Shown here piece after piece: positions 50,671-60,843 of a stretch of DNA of 64,000 bases. The DNA is from Devosiaceae bacterium (GTDB lineage Bacteria > Pseudomonadota > Alphaproteobacteria > Rhizobiales > MH13). A model generated the notes under the pieces. It saw only the letters and a list, made by a program, of their open reading frames with translations, had not been told where the DNA came from and ran no database searches. The number at the start of each line of letters is the position of its first letter. The first letter of the stretch is position 1. The stretch covers positions 11,440 to 75,439 of the forward strand of contig JBGCDM010000007.1 in the NCBI GenBank assembly GCA_045105395.1. Direction: 5' to 3'. The position numbers and the translations under genes were made by a program.

Positions 50671-51176
50671 TGCGCAGCAACCCTTAGCTTAGCGGTCGGC
50701 CTCTGGTGTGCATGGCAAATAGCAATTGCCAAAGCATCAGCCTCATCGGGTGAAGAAAAAGTGGCACGTGGCAGTAGCACCTTCACCATCGCCTGCACCT
50801 GTTTTTTGTCGGCATGGCCAACGCCAACCACAGTCTTCTTAACCTGATTGGCCGCGTATTCACCCACAGGAATACCAAGGCGCGCGGGCGCTAGCATCGC
50901 CATGCCGCGCGCTTGGCCAAGCTTGAGCGTGGAAAGAGGGTCTTTATTCACGAACGTTTCCTCAACAGAGGCCTCATCAGGGCTAAACTCTTTCAAGCGA
51001 GCATCCAGCGCCTCATAAAGCGCAGCCAACCGCACCGCCAGCGCATCCTTGGCGGGCGGCGAGATAACGCCACTGGCCACATAAGACAGGCGCGTGCCAG
51101 CAAGCTCCACCACGCCCCAGCCCATGTGGCGCAGGCCTGGATCAATCCCAAAAATACGAATCGCTTGGCTTTCCAT
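50667..51176 (-). CDS. ruvC: Crossover junction endodeoxyribonuclease RuvC
   Basis: ORF trimmed to the ATG at 51176, giving [23 protein letters not shown] with the catalytic Asp. The C-terminus has [13 protein letters not shown]. Confidence 0.9.
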   Translation of the reverse strand: MESQAIRIFGIDPGLRHMGWGVVELAGTRLSYVASGVISPPAKDALAVRLAALYEALDARLKEFSPDEASVEETFVNKDPLSTLKLGQARGMAMLAPARLGIPVGEYAANQVKKTVVGVGHADKKQVQAMVKVLLPRATFSSPDEADALAIAICHAHQRPTAKLRVAAQ

Positions 51177-51236
51177 ACCAATTGGCGTACCGCACTGCGC
51201 TTGCCTGCCATAGGGCACCGTTAGAAAGTGGGCTGC

Positions 51237-52013
51237 ATGCAAGCCGTGATCACCGCCTTTTTGAGCTTTTTAGAAAGCCCGGCGCTTATTCCAGCGTTGC
51301 TGGCTGTAGCTGCGGCAGGCATGGTGCGCGGATTTGCAGGTTTTGGCGGCGCTATGCTGTTCATGCCGTTTGCCAGCTTCCTGTTTGACCCGCGCCTTGC
51401 CGTGGTCGCGTTTTTCATCATCGACACCACGATCACCATGCCATTGGTCGTCAATGCGCTGCGCCACTGGGATTGGCGCACCGTCATCCCTTGTGCGCTG
51501 GGTTCCTGGATGGGTGTGTGGTTTGGCGCCTACCTTTTGGCAACCACCGATTCCTTGGTCTTGCGCTGGACGATATGCCTGATCATCATTGCATTGGTTG
51601 GCTTCATGCTAACCGGCTGGCGCTATGCCGCGCGTCCAAAAACGCCCATTTCATTAGGTGTTGGAAGTGTGGCCGGGGTGCTTGGCGGTATTTCCCAAGT
51701 GTCCGCGCCGCCACTGGTGGCCTATTGGGCCGCTGGACCATTCCCGGCCCAGGTTATACGCGCCAATCTGATTTGCTTTTTCTTTTTCGCAACCGTGGGC
51801 AGCCTGGCGGCCTTCAGTGCCAATGGCGTTTTCACCAGCCACACTGTGGGATTGGCGCTCTGGTTGATGCCTGCCTACGGGCTGGCGATCTTCATCGGCG
51901 CTCACCTTTTCAAGGGCACGAACGACACCCTGTTTCGCCGCGTGGCCTTTGGCTTGATCCTAATTGCAGCGGTGACATCGCTGCCATTGCTGGACCCGAT
52001 TTTACGCAGCTAA
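51237..52013 (+). CDS. TSUP (TauE/SafE) family anion-exporter-like membrane protein
   Basis: The protein has about eight TM helices, including the [13 protein letters not shown] motif. The ATG at 51237 is preferred over the GTG at 51228. The stop overlaps the convergent yebC stop. Confidence 0.75.
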   Translation: MQAVITAFLSFLESPALIPALLAVAAAGMVRGFAGFGGAMLFMPFASFLFDPRLAVVAFFIIDTTITMPLVVNALRHWDWRTVIPCALGSWMGVWFGAYLLATTDSLVLRWTICLIIIALVGFMLTGWRYAARPKTPISLGVGSVAGVLGGISQVSAPPLVAYWAAGPFPAQVIRANLICFFFFATVGSLAAFSANGVFTSHTVGLALWLMPAYGLAIFIGAHLFKGTNDTLFRRVAFGLILIAAVTSLPLLDPILRS

Positions 52014-52759
52014 GCCTCCGCAAGGGCGGCCATCACCTCGTCTGACATCTCGAAATTGGCGTAGACGTTTTGAACATCATCATCGTCTTCCAACGTATCA
52101 ATGAGGCGCATAACCGAGGCCGCCTTTTCAACGTCCAGATCAATGGAGTTTTGCGGCTTCCAAATTGGATTCACCGATTCGGCTGCGCCCAAGGCCTTCT
52201 CCAGTGCGCCTGATACATCGTTGATGTCTTCAAACGCGCAATAAATCGTGTGGCCATTATCATCAGACACCACATCTTCTGCGCCCGCTTCAATAGCGGC
52301 ATCCATAACAGCATCAGCGTCACCAGCATCAGCTTGATACGTCACCTGCCCCACCCGGTCGAACATGAACGATACCGAGCCGGTTTCGCCCAGCGAGCCT
52401 CCACTTTTGGTGAAATAAGAGCGCACAGCGCTAGCGGTGCGGTTACGATTATCGGTCAGCGCTTCAACAACAACCGCGATGCCGCCTGGGCCATAGCCCT
52501 CATAGCGAATTTCCTCATAATCATCACCCTCACCGGCCTGCGATTTTTTAATCGCCCGCTCGATATTATCCTTTGGCATGGATTGAGAACGCGCATTTTG
52601 CACAGCAAGGCGCAGACGCGGATTCATGTCTGGGTCCGGCATTCCCATTTTTGCCGCCACGGTAATTTCCTTGGCGAGCTTGGAGAACAGCTTCGAGCGC
52701 GCCTTATCCTGGCGGCCCTTGCGGTGCATGATGTTCTTAAATTGACTGTGTCCGGCCAT
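52010..52759 (-). CDS. yebC: YebC/PmpR-family DNA-binding transcriptional regulator
   Basis: [37 protein letters not shown] is the canonical N-terminus of this family. The protein is 249 aa. Confidence 0.9.
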   Translation of the reverse strand: MAGHSQFKNIMHRKGRQDKARSKLFSKLAKEITVAAKMGMPDPDMNPRLRLAVQNARSQSMPKDNIERAIKKSQAGEGDDYEEIRYEGYGPGGIAVVVEALTDNRNRTASAVRSYFTKSGGSLGETGSVSFMFDRVGQVTYQADAGDADAVMDAAIEAGAEDVVSDDNGHTIYCAFEDINDVSGALEKALGAAESVNPIWKPQNSIDLDVEKAASVMRLIDTLEDDDDVQNVYANFEMSDEVMAALAEA

Positions 52760-52843
52760 AGGCCCCTCGGATCTTTAGTGAAGGCGTGATTTTTCTCGCA
52801 CATAGTCTGCCTAGCGCGGAAAATCCAGTTTTGCGTGCGGCTG

Positions 52844-53668
52844 CTACCAGAAACTGGGCAGAACCGGCTGTAAATGCGCACCCAAGCGCACCGGCTCGCA
52901 CGCCAGTGCCAGACCAGTTTTTCGGTCCGCCTGCACCGCCACACCCGATAGAGTGGGCTCACCTTCGCCAGGTGAAAAGCGCCCCTGCGGCACCTTGTTG
53001 ACGAACCTTTGCAGGGGTTCGGTCTTATCCATGCCAATGATGGTGTCATAGTCGCCGCACATGCCAGCATCGGTTTGGAAGGCTGTGCCGCCTGGCATCA
53101 CCCGGTGATCAGCGGTTGGCACATGGGTGTGCGTGCCCACCACCAGCGTAGCCCGCCCATCCACGTGCGCGCCGATGGCCTGCTTCTCCGATGTCGCCTC
53201 ACCATGGAAATCAATCATCGCAAAATCCGCCGCCACCCCCAGCGGGGCTTTGTCCAGCTCGCGGTCGATGGTGGCAAACGGATCTTCCATCGCATCCATA
53301 AACAACCGCCCCATGGCATTAATCACCAACACCGTTTCACCCGTTTTGGCCTGAAACAGGCCTGAACCACGCCCTGGTGTACCTTCTGGATAGGTTGCAG
53401 GGCGCAGCAGGTTGGGCACGCGCTCAATATACACCAAGGTATCGCGCTGATCGAACGCATGATTGCCCAGCGTGATAACGTCCACACCCCAGTCAAACAG
53501 TTGCTCGCAAATGCCTTCGGAAATACCAAATCCGTGCGCTGCGTTCTCGCCATTGCACACCACAAAGTGAATGTCATAGCGCGACAGCAAATCAGGCAAA
53601 TGGGTTTCCACCGCCTCGCGACCTGCCCGGCCAACGACATCGCCAAGAAAAAGAAGATTAAAGCTCAT
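52844..53668 (-). CDS. YmdB-like metallophosphoesterase (TIGR00282 family)
   Basis: LLFLGDVVGRAGREAV...VVCNGENAAHGFGI...DFHGEATSEK...GTHTHVPTAD are calcineurin-like metal-binding motifs arranged as in YmdB. Confidence 0.85.
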   Translation of the reverse strand: MSFNLLFLGDVVGRAGREAVETHLPDLLSRYDIHFVVCNGENAAHGFGISEGICEQLFDWGVDVITLGNHAFDQRDTLVYIERVPNLLRPATYPEGTPGRGSGLFQAKTGETVLVINAMGRLFMDAMEDPFATIDRELDKAPLGVAADFAMIDFHGEATSEKQAIGAHVDGRATLVVGTHTHVPTADHRVMPGGTAFQTDAGMCGDYDTIIGMDKTEPLQRFVNKVPQGRFSPGEGEPTLSGVAVQADRKTGLALACEPVRLGAHLQPVLPSFW

Positions 53669-54261
53669 GGCTGCTCGCTAGCACGCAAAAAAGGGTCAAG
53701 GCGAGCGTGACCATGCTCAAAAATGCGCAAACCCGATGGGGTCAGCACGCCATCAAGTGAAATGTCATGCAACTCAGCCTCAAAGGGTGGCACTTCTTGT
53801 TCGTCAAAAGCCAGGCCCAGATAGGCGGGGTGATGGCCGAGGCCATGCATCTTGGCCAGGCACCGATCATAGTGCCCTTTGCCGTAGCCAATGCGCTGGC
53901 CAGTAGCTGAGAAGGCCGCTAACGGCGCAAAAATGAGGTCAGGCAATACCTCTGGCTGGTCTGCGTCCGGGCCCAGCGTGCCAAAACCAACTGGCACGAG
54001 GGGCCTGGATTGATCCCACGCCCGAAATACCATGGTTTGCCGGTCCAGCAGAACCGGGAGCGCAAGCTGCGCACCATGTTTTGCCAAAGCGTCCATCAAG
54101 GGTGCCGGATCAATCTCTGAGCCAATGGCATGATAGGCTGAAACAATCCGTTCTGAAGCTATCAAAACAGTCGTTGGCAGAGGCTTCCGCATCACAACTG
54201 CTTCACGTTCCGCCAGAGCCTTCACACGTAAACTTAATTTACCCGATTCATCAGTCTTCAT
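53665..54261 (-). CDS. 5-formyltetrahydrofolate cyclo-ligase
   Basis: The GQRIGYGKGHYDR motif is present. The protein is 198 aa, overlaps the ymdB-like start by 4 nt, and sits downstream of the zapA/6S locus as ygfA does in E. coli. Confidence 0.85.
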   Translation of the reverse strand: MKTDESGKLSLRVKALAEREAVVMRKPLPTTVLIASERIVSAYHAIGSEIDPAPLMDALAKHGAQLALPVLLDRQTMVFRAWDQSRPLVPVGFGTLGPDADQPEVLPDLIFAPLAAFSATGQRIGYGKGHYDRCLAKMHGLGHHPAYLGLAFDEQEVPPFEAELHDISLDGVLTPSGLRIFEHGHARLDPFLRASEQP

Positions 54262-54270
54262 AATTCCGAG

Positions 54271-54311
54271 CTAAAAACAGAAAACGCGGTGCCGTAAAGC
54301 GCACCGCGTTT
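54271..54311 (-). terminator. Rho-independent terminator after the Ser-rich ORF
   Basis: An 11-bp perfect stem, aaacgcggtgc (54282-54292) pairing with gcaccgcgttt (54301-54311), is followed on the minus strand by tctgttttt (complement of 54271-54281). Confidence 0.75.
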
Positions 54312-54345
54312 GGAACGTAAAAGGCAATACTAAGTACCCCAGAAA

Positions 54346-54900
54346 TCAGGCACTATACTGATTGGCAGCCAAGAAGTCGGACTTTTCATCTTTGGCCTCA
54401 CCGTCCGCATACCATTGTATTTCCCATCCATACACAACTGCGAAAAGGATCAGTTCGCCGAGAGTGGGGTTTGGGCCTAGGTGGAAATCCTTAAGCGAAT
54501 CGGCATGTCTCCTCTGCGCGCTTTCAAAGGCTTCCTGGTAGACAACTTCGGCCCTCTGGGCGACTGCTTCGGTAACAAGATAGCCATCAACCCTTACAGT
54601 TTGTGGCGCATCTGAAGATTGATTGGGCGCCGTATCTACATTCTGCGACTCCAAAAACGCGCCCATGGCACTGGTGTCTTGACCAGTGTATTGGTCGATG
54701 CTGCTCTGACTGGAATGGTCTGAACTGTCTGATGATTCTGAGCTGCTCGTGGTCGAGGTCGAACTGCTGCTTGAGGACGTTGAGCTGGATGATGAGCTTG
54801 GCCCGGGACCAGAACTACAAGCCGAAATGCAAGCTTGCGCTGGTGCAAGCGCAGCGATGGAAACTGATGCTGCCAGCGCAGCTGATAGAAGAAGACGCAT
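54346..54900 (-). CDS. Secreted protein with a poly-Ser tract, function unknown
   Basis: The ATG at 54900 has a GGGGAG RBS. The signal peptide is MRLLLSAALAASVSIAALAPAQA. A ~45-residue Ser/Thr-rich tract (SSSSSSTSSSSSSTSTTSSSESSDSSDHSSQSS) is followed by a ~110-aa non-repetitive C-terminal domain, and the gene has its own terminator. Confidence 0.65.
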   Translation of the reverse strand: MRLLLSAALAASVSIAALAPAQACISACSSGPGPSSSSSSTSSSSSSTSTTSSSESSDSSDHSSQSSIDQYTGQDTSAMGAFLESQNVDTAPNQSSDAPQTVRVDGYLVTEAVAQRAEVVYQEAFESAQRRHADSLKDFHLGPNPTLGELILFAVVYGWEIQWYADGEAKDEKSDFLAANQYSA

Positions 54901-55039
54901 GATAAACTCCCCATTTTTGTGCGTTGGGAAGTGATTACAAAATTGCGTTTGAAGAATTATGAATCGCCATAAATATCAGCGTGTTAACGCGTGCTAACCT
55001 GAATGATTTGCTGATAATCTGGGTAAAAGAAAAGTGAAG

Positions 55040-55195
55040 CCACAACAACCGTGTCGAACTCGATCCTGGGAACCTACAAAGTAGGTGGGCGCCGTGTAAT
55101 CCGGTCCACGGACCGGTCCAGGGACAGCTCCCTTAGGGATCGGTAAGGCCCCAGGAATATTTGCCGATGCACGAGGAGCGCAGCTTCATCACAAG
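55040..55195 (-). ncRNA. ssrS: Candidate 6S RNA (boundaries approximate)
   Basis: It lies between zapA and the 5-FCL gene on the same strand, matching the conserved zapA-ssrS-ygfA synteny. On the minus strand, the closing stem pairs UUCCUGGG (~55151-55158) with CCCAGGA (~55064-55070). An apical hairpin pairs CCGGUC with GACCGG around a CGUG loop (~55101-55116). Small bubble hairpins UCCCUAAGGGA and CCUACUUUGUAGG are also present. No ORF is present. Confidence 0.6.
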
Positions 55196-55238
55196 AGATA
55201 GGCGCAAGGCACGGCAACTTCAATCGAAATCGTTTCTG

Positions 55239-55598
55239 TTAGTTGGCAGGCGCTTGCGCCGTTAGCTGCTCCAACCGCGCGGCAAGCTCTTCCACGCGCT
55301 GGCGCACTTGATCACTGGCGCCAACATTGGTGCTCTGCACAAGGCCCAGCGAGGCTTGTAACTCGGCCACTTGCGCCCGCAAACTGTCGATTTGCCCCTG
55401 CGCATCGCCCAGCTTATCGGTCATCACCAGCCCTGCCATCACGGCCAACCGGGTATCGCCCACCTCGCCGAAGGAGCCACGCAATTCATCCACCGTTGCA
55501 TCAAAGGTTTGAGCAAGGGCGGTAAGGCGCGCCTCATCGCCATCCTCGCAGGCCAGACGAAAAGATCGCCCTGCAATGGTTACCACTACTTGTCCCAC
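55239..55598 (-). CDS. zapA: Cell division protein ZapA
   Basis: MGQVVVTIAGRSFRLACEDGDEARL... followed by a C-terminal coiled coil. The protein is 119 aa. Confidence 0.85.
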   Translation of the reverse strand: MGQVVVTIAGRSFRLACEDGDEARLTALAQTFDATVDELRGSFGEVGDTRLAVMAGLVMTDKLGDAQGQIDSLRAQVAELQASLGLVQSTNVGASDQVRQRVEELAARLEQLTAQAPAN

Positions 55599-55613
55599 GC
55601 ACGCTCCATTGAT

Positions 55614-55904
55614 CTAGCTCGATGCCGCAGGCGCATCTGAGGCGAGCACTGTGCGAATGTTGTCCATCACATCCAACAAGCGCTGCGAAACAACCTGATT
55701 GGCGGTTTCCATGGCCCGGGTTTCGGCACGTGCGGTATCCAGCAATTGGGCAAGTTGCGCACGGTCGGTGGAAAGTCGGGCCACTTCAGCATACAGGCGC
55801 TCTCGCTCATCCAGCAGCGCACGGCGATGCCCACCTTCGGCCTCCACCGCTGTAATCGCGCGGTCTAACCGGTCAAACGCTGATTGAAGATCACTGCCTG
55901 CCAT
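55614..55904 (-). CDS. Small coiled-coil protein (DUF4164-like) upstream of zapA
   Basis: The 96-aa protein is all helical (LDRAITAVEAE...ERERLYAEVARLSTDRAQLAQLLD...). The position immediately 5' of zapA is typical of Rhizobiales. Confidence 0.65.
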   Translation of the reverse strand: MAGSDLQSAFDRLDRAITAVEAEGGHRRALLDERERLYAEVARLSTDRAQLAQLLDTARAETRAMETANQVVSQRLLDVMDNIRTVLASDAPAASS

Positions 55905-56190
55905 CGTTACTGCTATATAGTCCCTAGTGACGGCCCTATCAAAGCGCTAAACCAACTGGAATCAGATGATCCAAGCAGGCCCTGCCTTTCTATTTGACAC
56001 AATGTAGGGAGCCACCCCAACCCCCGTCAACGCGTTGTGTGGTCTTTCCCACATCCAGGTTGGAACAGGGGTTCAAGCACCGGGCATCTTTTCAATCAGA
56101 GTATCCTCCGTTAAGACGCCCGCATATCCAATCATCACGCCCTGATCGCAGCTCTCCAGCCTGCGCACGAACAAACGGTTTATCACCATC

Positions 56191-58182
56191 ATGACCGATA
56201 CTGATCGCCACACGGATATGGCAAACGCCATCCGTTTTCTTTCCATGGACGCCGTACAAAAGGCGAATTCTGGCCACCCGGGCCTGCCAATGGGCGCAGC
56301 CGACATTGCCACCGTGCTGTTCTCCAAGTTCATGAAGTTCGACCCGACCGACCCCAAATGGCCAGATCGTGATCGCTTTGTGCTGTCTGCCGGTCACGGC
56401 TCCATGCTGCTCTACTCCATCCTCTACCTTCTGGGTGTGGAAGATATGACGCTGGATGACTTGAAAGATTTCCGTCAGTTGGGCTCCAAAACCGCAGGCC
56501 ACCCTGAATATGGCTATGCAGGCGGCATCGAAACGACCACAGGGCCCCTGGGCCAGGGCCTTGGTAATTCCGTTGGCATGGCGCTGGCTGAACGCATGCT
56601 TGCCGCTGATTTTGGCGGCGATCTGGTGGATCACTACACCTATGTGCTGGCCTCTGATGGCGACCTGATGGAAGGCATCAGCCATGAGTCGATTTCACTT
56701 GCTGGCCACCTGAAGCTGAACAAGCTAATCGTGCTGTGGGATGACAATGATATCTCCATTGATGGCCGTGTGTCTTTGTCAGAAAGCGGCGACATGCTGG
56801 AACGGTTTGAAGCGGCCAATTGGGATACGGTCCGCATTGATGGCCACAACCCAGTCGACATTGAGGCCGCCATTGAGCGCGCCCGCCAATCTGACAAACC
56901 AAGCCTGATCGCCTGTAAAACCAAGATCGGCTTTGGTGCTCCCAACAAGGAAGACTCATCCAAGGCGCATGGCTCACCGCTGGGCGATGATGAAATTGCG
57001 GCGACCCGTGAAGCCCTCGGCTGGAACCATGCACCCTTTGAGGTGCCGGTTGATGTGCTGGATGCCTGGCGCATTGTTGGCGTGAAAGGCGTTCATGAGC
57101 GCACCGAATGGGTCAAACGTCACGACGCATCGGACGTTCAGGTGCGTGCAGAGTTTGATCGTCGCATGCGTGGCGATCTGCCAGCCAATCTTGAAAACGC
57201 GGTTGAAGCTTTCATCGCACAGATGATTGAAGAGGCACCCAAGGTTGCCTCCCGCAAAGCGTCAGAAATGACGCTGGAAGCGATGATCCCACACCTGCCC
57301 GAGGCAGCCTCTGGGTCGGCCGATTTGACCGGCTCCAACAACACCCGCACCACCACCATGACCCCTGTTGCACCGGGCGATTATGCCGGCAACTTTATCC
57401 ATTGGGGTATCCGCGAGCACGGCATGGCTTCCGCTATGAACGGTATGGCGCTGCATGGCGGCATCATTCCCATGTCCGGCACGTTCCTGGTGTTTTCTGA
57501 TTATTCGCGCCCAGCCATCCGCCTGGCGGCTCTCATGCACCAGCGCGTTATCCACGTGCTAACCCATGATTCCATTGGCCTTGGCGAAGATGGACCAACC
57601 CACCAACCGGTGGAACACATGGCTGCGCTACGCGCGATCCCAAACCTTAAGGTCTTCCGCCCTGCCGATGTGGTAGAAACAGCAGAATGCTGGCACTTGT
57701 CGCTGCTCAGCGAAGATGGGCCCAGCGTGCATGCCCTCACCCGCCAGGGCTTGCCCACGCTGCGCACCGAAAACGATGGCAAAAACCATTCAGCTAAAGG
57801 TGCCTATGAGTTGGCATCGGCTGGTGGTGATGCCCAGGTTAGTCTGTTTGCCTCAGGATCTGAGGTCGAAATTGCCATGGAAGCGCGCGCCCTTCTGCGC
57901 GAAGCGGGCGTTAATGCCCGCGTCGTCTCTGTGCCCTGCATGGAGCTGTTTAACGCCCAAGACGCCGACTATCGCGCAGCCACACTTGGCGATGCACCCG
58001 TTAAAATCGCCATTGAGGCTGCCATCCGCATGGGATGGGATCAGTTCATCGGCGCTGATGGCATCTTTATCGGCATGGACAGCTTTGGCGCCTCTGGACC
58101 TTACAAGGAAGTTTATGCGCACTTTGGCATTACTGCCCAAGCCGCAGCAGAAGCAGCCCAAGCCAAACTTGCCGAGGCTTAA
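56191..58182 (+). CDS. tkt: Transketolase
   Basis: [30 protein letters not shown] is followed by a ThDP motif ([12 protein letters not shown]-like: [12 protein letters not shown]). The protein is 663 aa. Confidence 0.95.
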   Translation: MTDTDRHTDMANAIRFLSMDAVQKANSGHPGLPMGAADIATVLFSKFMKFDPTDPKWPDRDRFVLSAGHGSMLLYSILYLLGVEDMTLDDLKDFRQLGSKTAGHPEYGYAGGIETTTGPLGQGLGNSVGMALAERMLAADFGGDLVDHYTYVLASDGDLMEGISHESISLAGHLKLNKLIVLWDDNDISIDGRVSLSESGDMLERFEAANWDTVRIDGHNPVDIEAAIERARQSDKPSLIACKTKIGFGAPNKEDSSKAHGSPLGDDEIAATREALGWNHAPFEVPVDVLDAWRIVGVKGVHERTEWVKRHDASDVQVRAEFDRRMRGDLPANLENAVEAFIAQMIEEAPKVASRKASEMTLEAMIPHLPEAASGSADLTGSNNTRTTTMTPVAPGDYAGNFIHWGIREHGMASAMNGMALHGGIIPMSGTFLVFSDYSRPAIRLAALMHQRVIHVLTHDSIGLGEDGPTHQPVEHMAALRAIPNLKVFRPADVVETAECWHLSLLSEDGPSVHALTRQGLPTLRTENDGKNHSAKGAYELASAGGDAQVSLFASGSEVEIAMEARALLREAGVNARVVSVPCMELFNAQDADYRAATLGDAPVKIAIEAAIRMGWDQFIGADGIFIGMDSFGASGPYKEVYAHFGITAQAAAEAAQAKLAEA

Positions 58183-58335
58183 AAACATGATGCGTGCGTG
58201 GTGCATGGCTGCCACGCACGATCAGCCCTTTATTGTCACGCAAGAGCATCCTAATGTGCGTGAAAAAGCATCTAGTATTTTACGCGCGTAAAGTTTACGA
58301 AAGCGCTTCAGTTTTTCACCGGGAGAGAGCACATC

Positions 58336-59346
58336 ATGAAAACCAAAATCGCCATTAATGGATTTGGCCGCATCGGCCGTAACGTTGTTCGCGCCATTTT
58401 TGAATCTGGCCGCGATGATATCGACATCGTTGCGATCAACGATCTGGGACCGGTTGAAACCAATGCCCACCTGATGCGCTATGACTCTGTCCATGGTCGT
58501 TTTCCTCATGATGTTACTGTTTCTGGCGACCGCATTCATGTGGGTCGCGAAAGCTTCAAAGTGCTCGCCGAACGCAACCCGGCGGATCTGCCATGGGGCG
58601 AAATGGACATCGACATCGTGATGGAATGCACTGGCATTTTCACTGCCAAAGACAAGGCTTCGCTTCACCTACAGGCTGGCGCCAAGCGCGTGCTTGTGTC
58701 CGCACCAGCAGCTGGCGCTGACAAAACCATCGTTTATGGCGTCAATGATGATGTGCTGACCGCTGATGACGTTGTTGTGTCCAACGCCTCGTGCACCACC
58801 AACTGCCTGTCGCCTGTGGCCAAAGTGCTCAACGATACCGTGGGCATCGAAAAAGGCATGATGACCACCATCCACTCCTACACAGGCGACCAGCCAACGC
58901 TGGATACGATGCACAAGGATCTTTATCGTGGTCGCGCAGCTGCCGTATCCATGATCCCAACATCCACTGGCGCCGCCAAAGCCGTCGGCCTGGTGCTGCC
59001 AGAACTGAACGGCAAACTGGATGGTTTCGCAATCCGCGTGCCAACGCCCAATGTTTCAGTGGTCGATTTAAAATTCATCGCCAAGCGCGCCACAACAGTG
59101 GAAGAAATCAACGGTGCCATCCAGGCTGCTTCCAAGGCTGGTCCACTAAAAGGCATTCTGGGTTACACCGAAGAACAATTGGTCTCAATTGATTTCAACC
59201 ATGACCCACACTCCTCCATCTTCCATGCCGACCAGACCAAGGTCATGGACGGCACGATGGTCTCGGTGCTGTCATGGTACGACAATGAGTGGGGCTTCTC
59301 CTGCCGGATGGCGGACACAGCCGTGGCGATGGCCAAACTCATCTAG
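58336..59346 (+). CDS. gap: Type I glyceraldehyde-3-phosphate dehydrogenase
   Basis: [14 protein letters not shown] is the N-terminal motif and the active site is [10 protein letters not shown]. The protein is 336 aa. Confidence 0.95.
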   Translation: MKTKIAINGFGRIGRNVVRAIFESGRDDIDIVAINDLGPVETNAHLMRYDSVHGRFPHDVTVSGDRIHVGRESFKVLAERNPADLPWGEMDIDIVMECTGIFTAKDKASLHLQAGAKRVLVSAPAAGADKTIVYGVNDDVLTADDVVVSNASCTTNCLSPVAKVLNDTVGIEKGMMTTIHSYTGDQPTLDTMHKDLYRGRAAAVSMIPTSTGAAKAVGLVLPELNGKLDGFAIRVPTPNVSVVDLKFIAKRATTVEEINGAIQAASKAGPLKGILGYTEEQLVSIDFNHDPHSSIFHADQTKVMDGTMVSVLSWYDNEWGFSCRMADTAVAMAKLI

Positions 59347-59360
59347 GCTTACGACAATCG

Positions 59361-59386
59361 GGCGCAGCGAAAGCTGCGCCTTTTTT
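59361..59386 (+). terminator. Rho-independent terminator between gap and pgk
   Basis: An 8-bp GC stem, ggcgcagc (59361-59368) pairing with gctgcgcc (59373-59380), has a GAAA tetraloop and a T6 run (59381-59386). Confidence 0.9.
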
Positions 59387-59595
59387 GTTTTAGGGTGCGA
59401 CGCAACCAAAAGCATGCGTTGGAGACTGGGCAGATGCTGCAAAATATTTTGATCATTGGCGGGATCATCGCGTTCCTCGTGTACGTCTTTTACATGGGTA
59501 AGCTGCTCTCACATTCCTTCGGGAAACTTGATCGCCTGAACGACAATTTGGATGAGCGTAAGGCCGAAAAACTGCGCCTAGAAAAAAGAGGCAAC

Positions 59596-60783
59596 ATGCC
59601 CTTCAACACCCTCGACGACATGGACCTAGACGGCAAAATCGTTCTCACCCGCGTGGATATCAACGTGCCGGTGGAAGATGGCAAGGTGAGCGATGCAACG
59701 CGCATTGCGCGCATTGTGCCCACCATCAAAGACATCCAGAAGGCAGGCGGCAAGCCGGTTCTGCTCGCCCATTTTGGTCGCCCGAAAGGCGAGCCCAATC
59801 CTGAGTTTTCGTTGGCGGTCACCGTGCCTGTTCTGGAAGAGGCGCTCGGCCAATCAATCACCTTCATCGAACGGCCCGACCGTGCGGCACTCGAGGCTGC
59901 GCCAGACGATAGCGTGATCCTGATGGAGAACACCCGCTTCTCCTCGATGGAAGAAAAGAACGACCCGAAGATGGCGCAGTTTCTGGCCACACTTGGCGAT
60001 GTGTTCTGCAATGATGCTTTCTCTGCGGCTCATCGCGCGCATGCTTCAACCGAGGGCGTCGCCAAGCTGTTGCCAGCCTGTGCTGGCCGCCTGATGGAAG
60101 CTGAACTGACGGCCCTGGGCAAGGCGCTGGGCAAGCCGGACCATCCTTTGGTGGCCGTGGTTGGCGGGGCAAAGGTCTCTACCAAGCTGGACCTGCTCTC
60201 CAACCTTTTGGCCAAGGTTGATCACTTGGTGATCGGCGGCGGCATGGCCAACACGTTCCTGGCAGCCAAAGGCGTAGAAGTTGGTAAGTCGCTGTGCGAG
60301 CACGACCTGGCCGATACCGCCCGCGCCATCATGGACAAAGCAAAGTCGGAAAATTGCACCATCCACCTTCCCATCGATATTGTGGTGGCGCAGGAGTTTA
60401 AAGCCAACGCATGGTCAAAGACCGTGCCGGTGGATGAATGCCCCGCAGATGCGATGATTTTGGATGCTGGGCCAGAAACTGTGAAGAATGTTGTGGCAAC
60501 CATAAAAGCGTCGAAAACGCTAGTTTGGAATGGCCCGCTGGGCGCCTTTGAAATCACGCCTTTTGATGCTGCCACAGTTGCAGCCGCACGCGGCGCAGCC
60601 GATGCCACAAAGGCTGGTACCCTGCTTTCAGTAGCAGGCGGCGGCGACACAGTTGCTGCCCTCAATCATGCAGGCGTGTCAGACGATTTCACCTACATTT
60701 CCACCGCCGGTGGCGCCTTCTTGGAATGGCTGGAAGGCAAGACCCTTCCAGGTGTGAAGGCATTGGAAGACGCAGCTCAATAA
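59596..60783 (+). CDS. pgk: Phosphoglycerate kinase (canonical start; see the finding on the in-frame upstream extension)
   Basis: The ATG at 59596 has an AGAGG RBS and gives [25 protein letters not shown], the standard Pgk N-terminus (395 aa). The track ORF 59395..60783 adds 67 in-frame codons upstream. Confidence 0.9.
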   Translation: MPFNTLDDMDLDGKIVLTRVDINVPVEDGKVSDATRIARIVPTIKDIQKAGGKPVLLAHFGRPKGEPNPEFSLAVTVPVLEEALGQSITFIERPDRAALEAAPDDSVILMENTRFSSMEEKNDPKMAQFLATLGDVFCNDAFSAAHRAHASTEGVAKLLPACAGRLMEAELTALGKALGKPDHPLVAVVGGAKVSTKLDLLSNLLAKVDHLVIGGGMANTFLAAKGVEVGKSLCEHDLADTARAIMDKAKSENCTIHLPIDIVVAQEFKANAWSKTVPVDECPADAMILDAGPETVKNVVATIKASKTLVWNGPLGAFEITPFDAATVAAARGAADATKAGTLLSVAGGGDTVAALNHAGVSDDFTYISTAGGAFLEWLEGKTLPGVKALEDAAQ

Positions 60784-60843
60784 TTTAGAAACATCTCATC
60801 AAGGGCGCAGCTAAGGTGCCCGATCAACACAAGGGGAAACACC

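Noticed and set aside
56092-56685. 197-aa minus-strand ORF overlapping the 5' end of tkt
   Set aside because: The + strand encodes an unambiguous transketolase, and the antisense product has no recognisable motif.
58193-58220. 9-bp perfect hairpin (cgtgcgtgg/ccacgcacg) just after the tkt stop
   Set aside because: No U-tract follows it (atcagccc...), so I do not call it an intrinsic terminator. It may be an RNA-stability element, but the evidence is insufficient.
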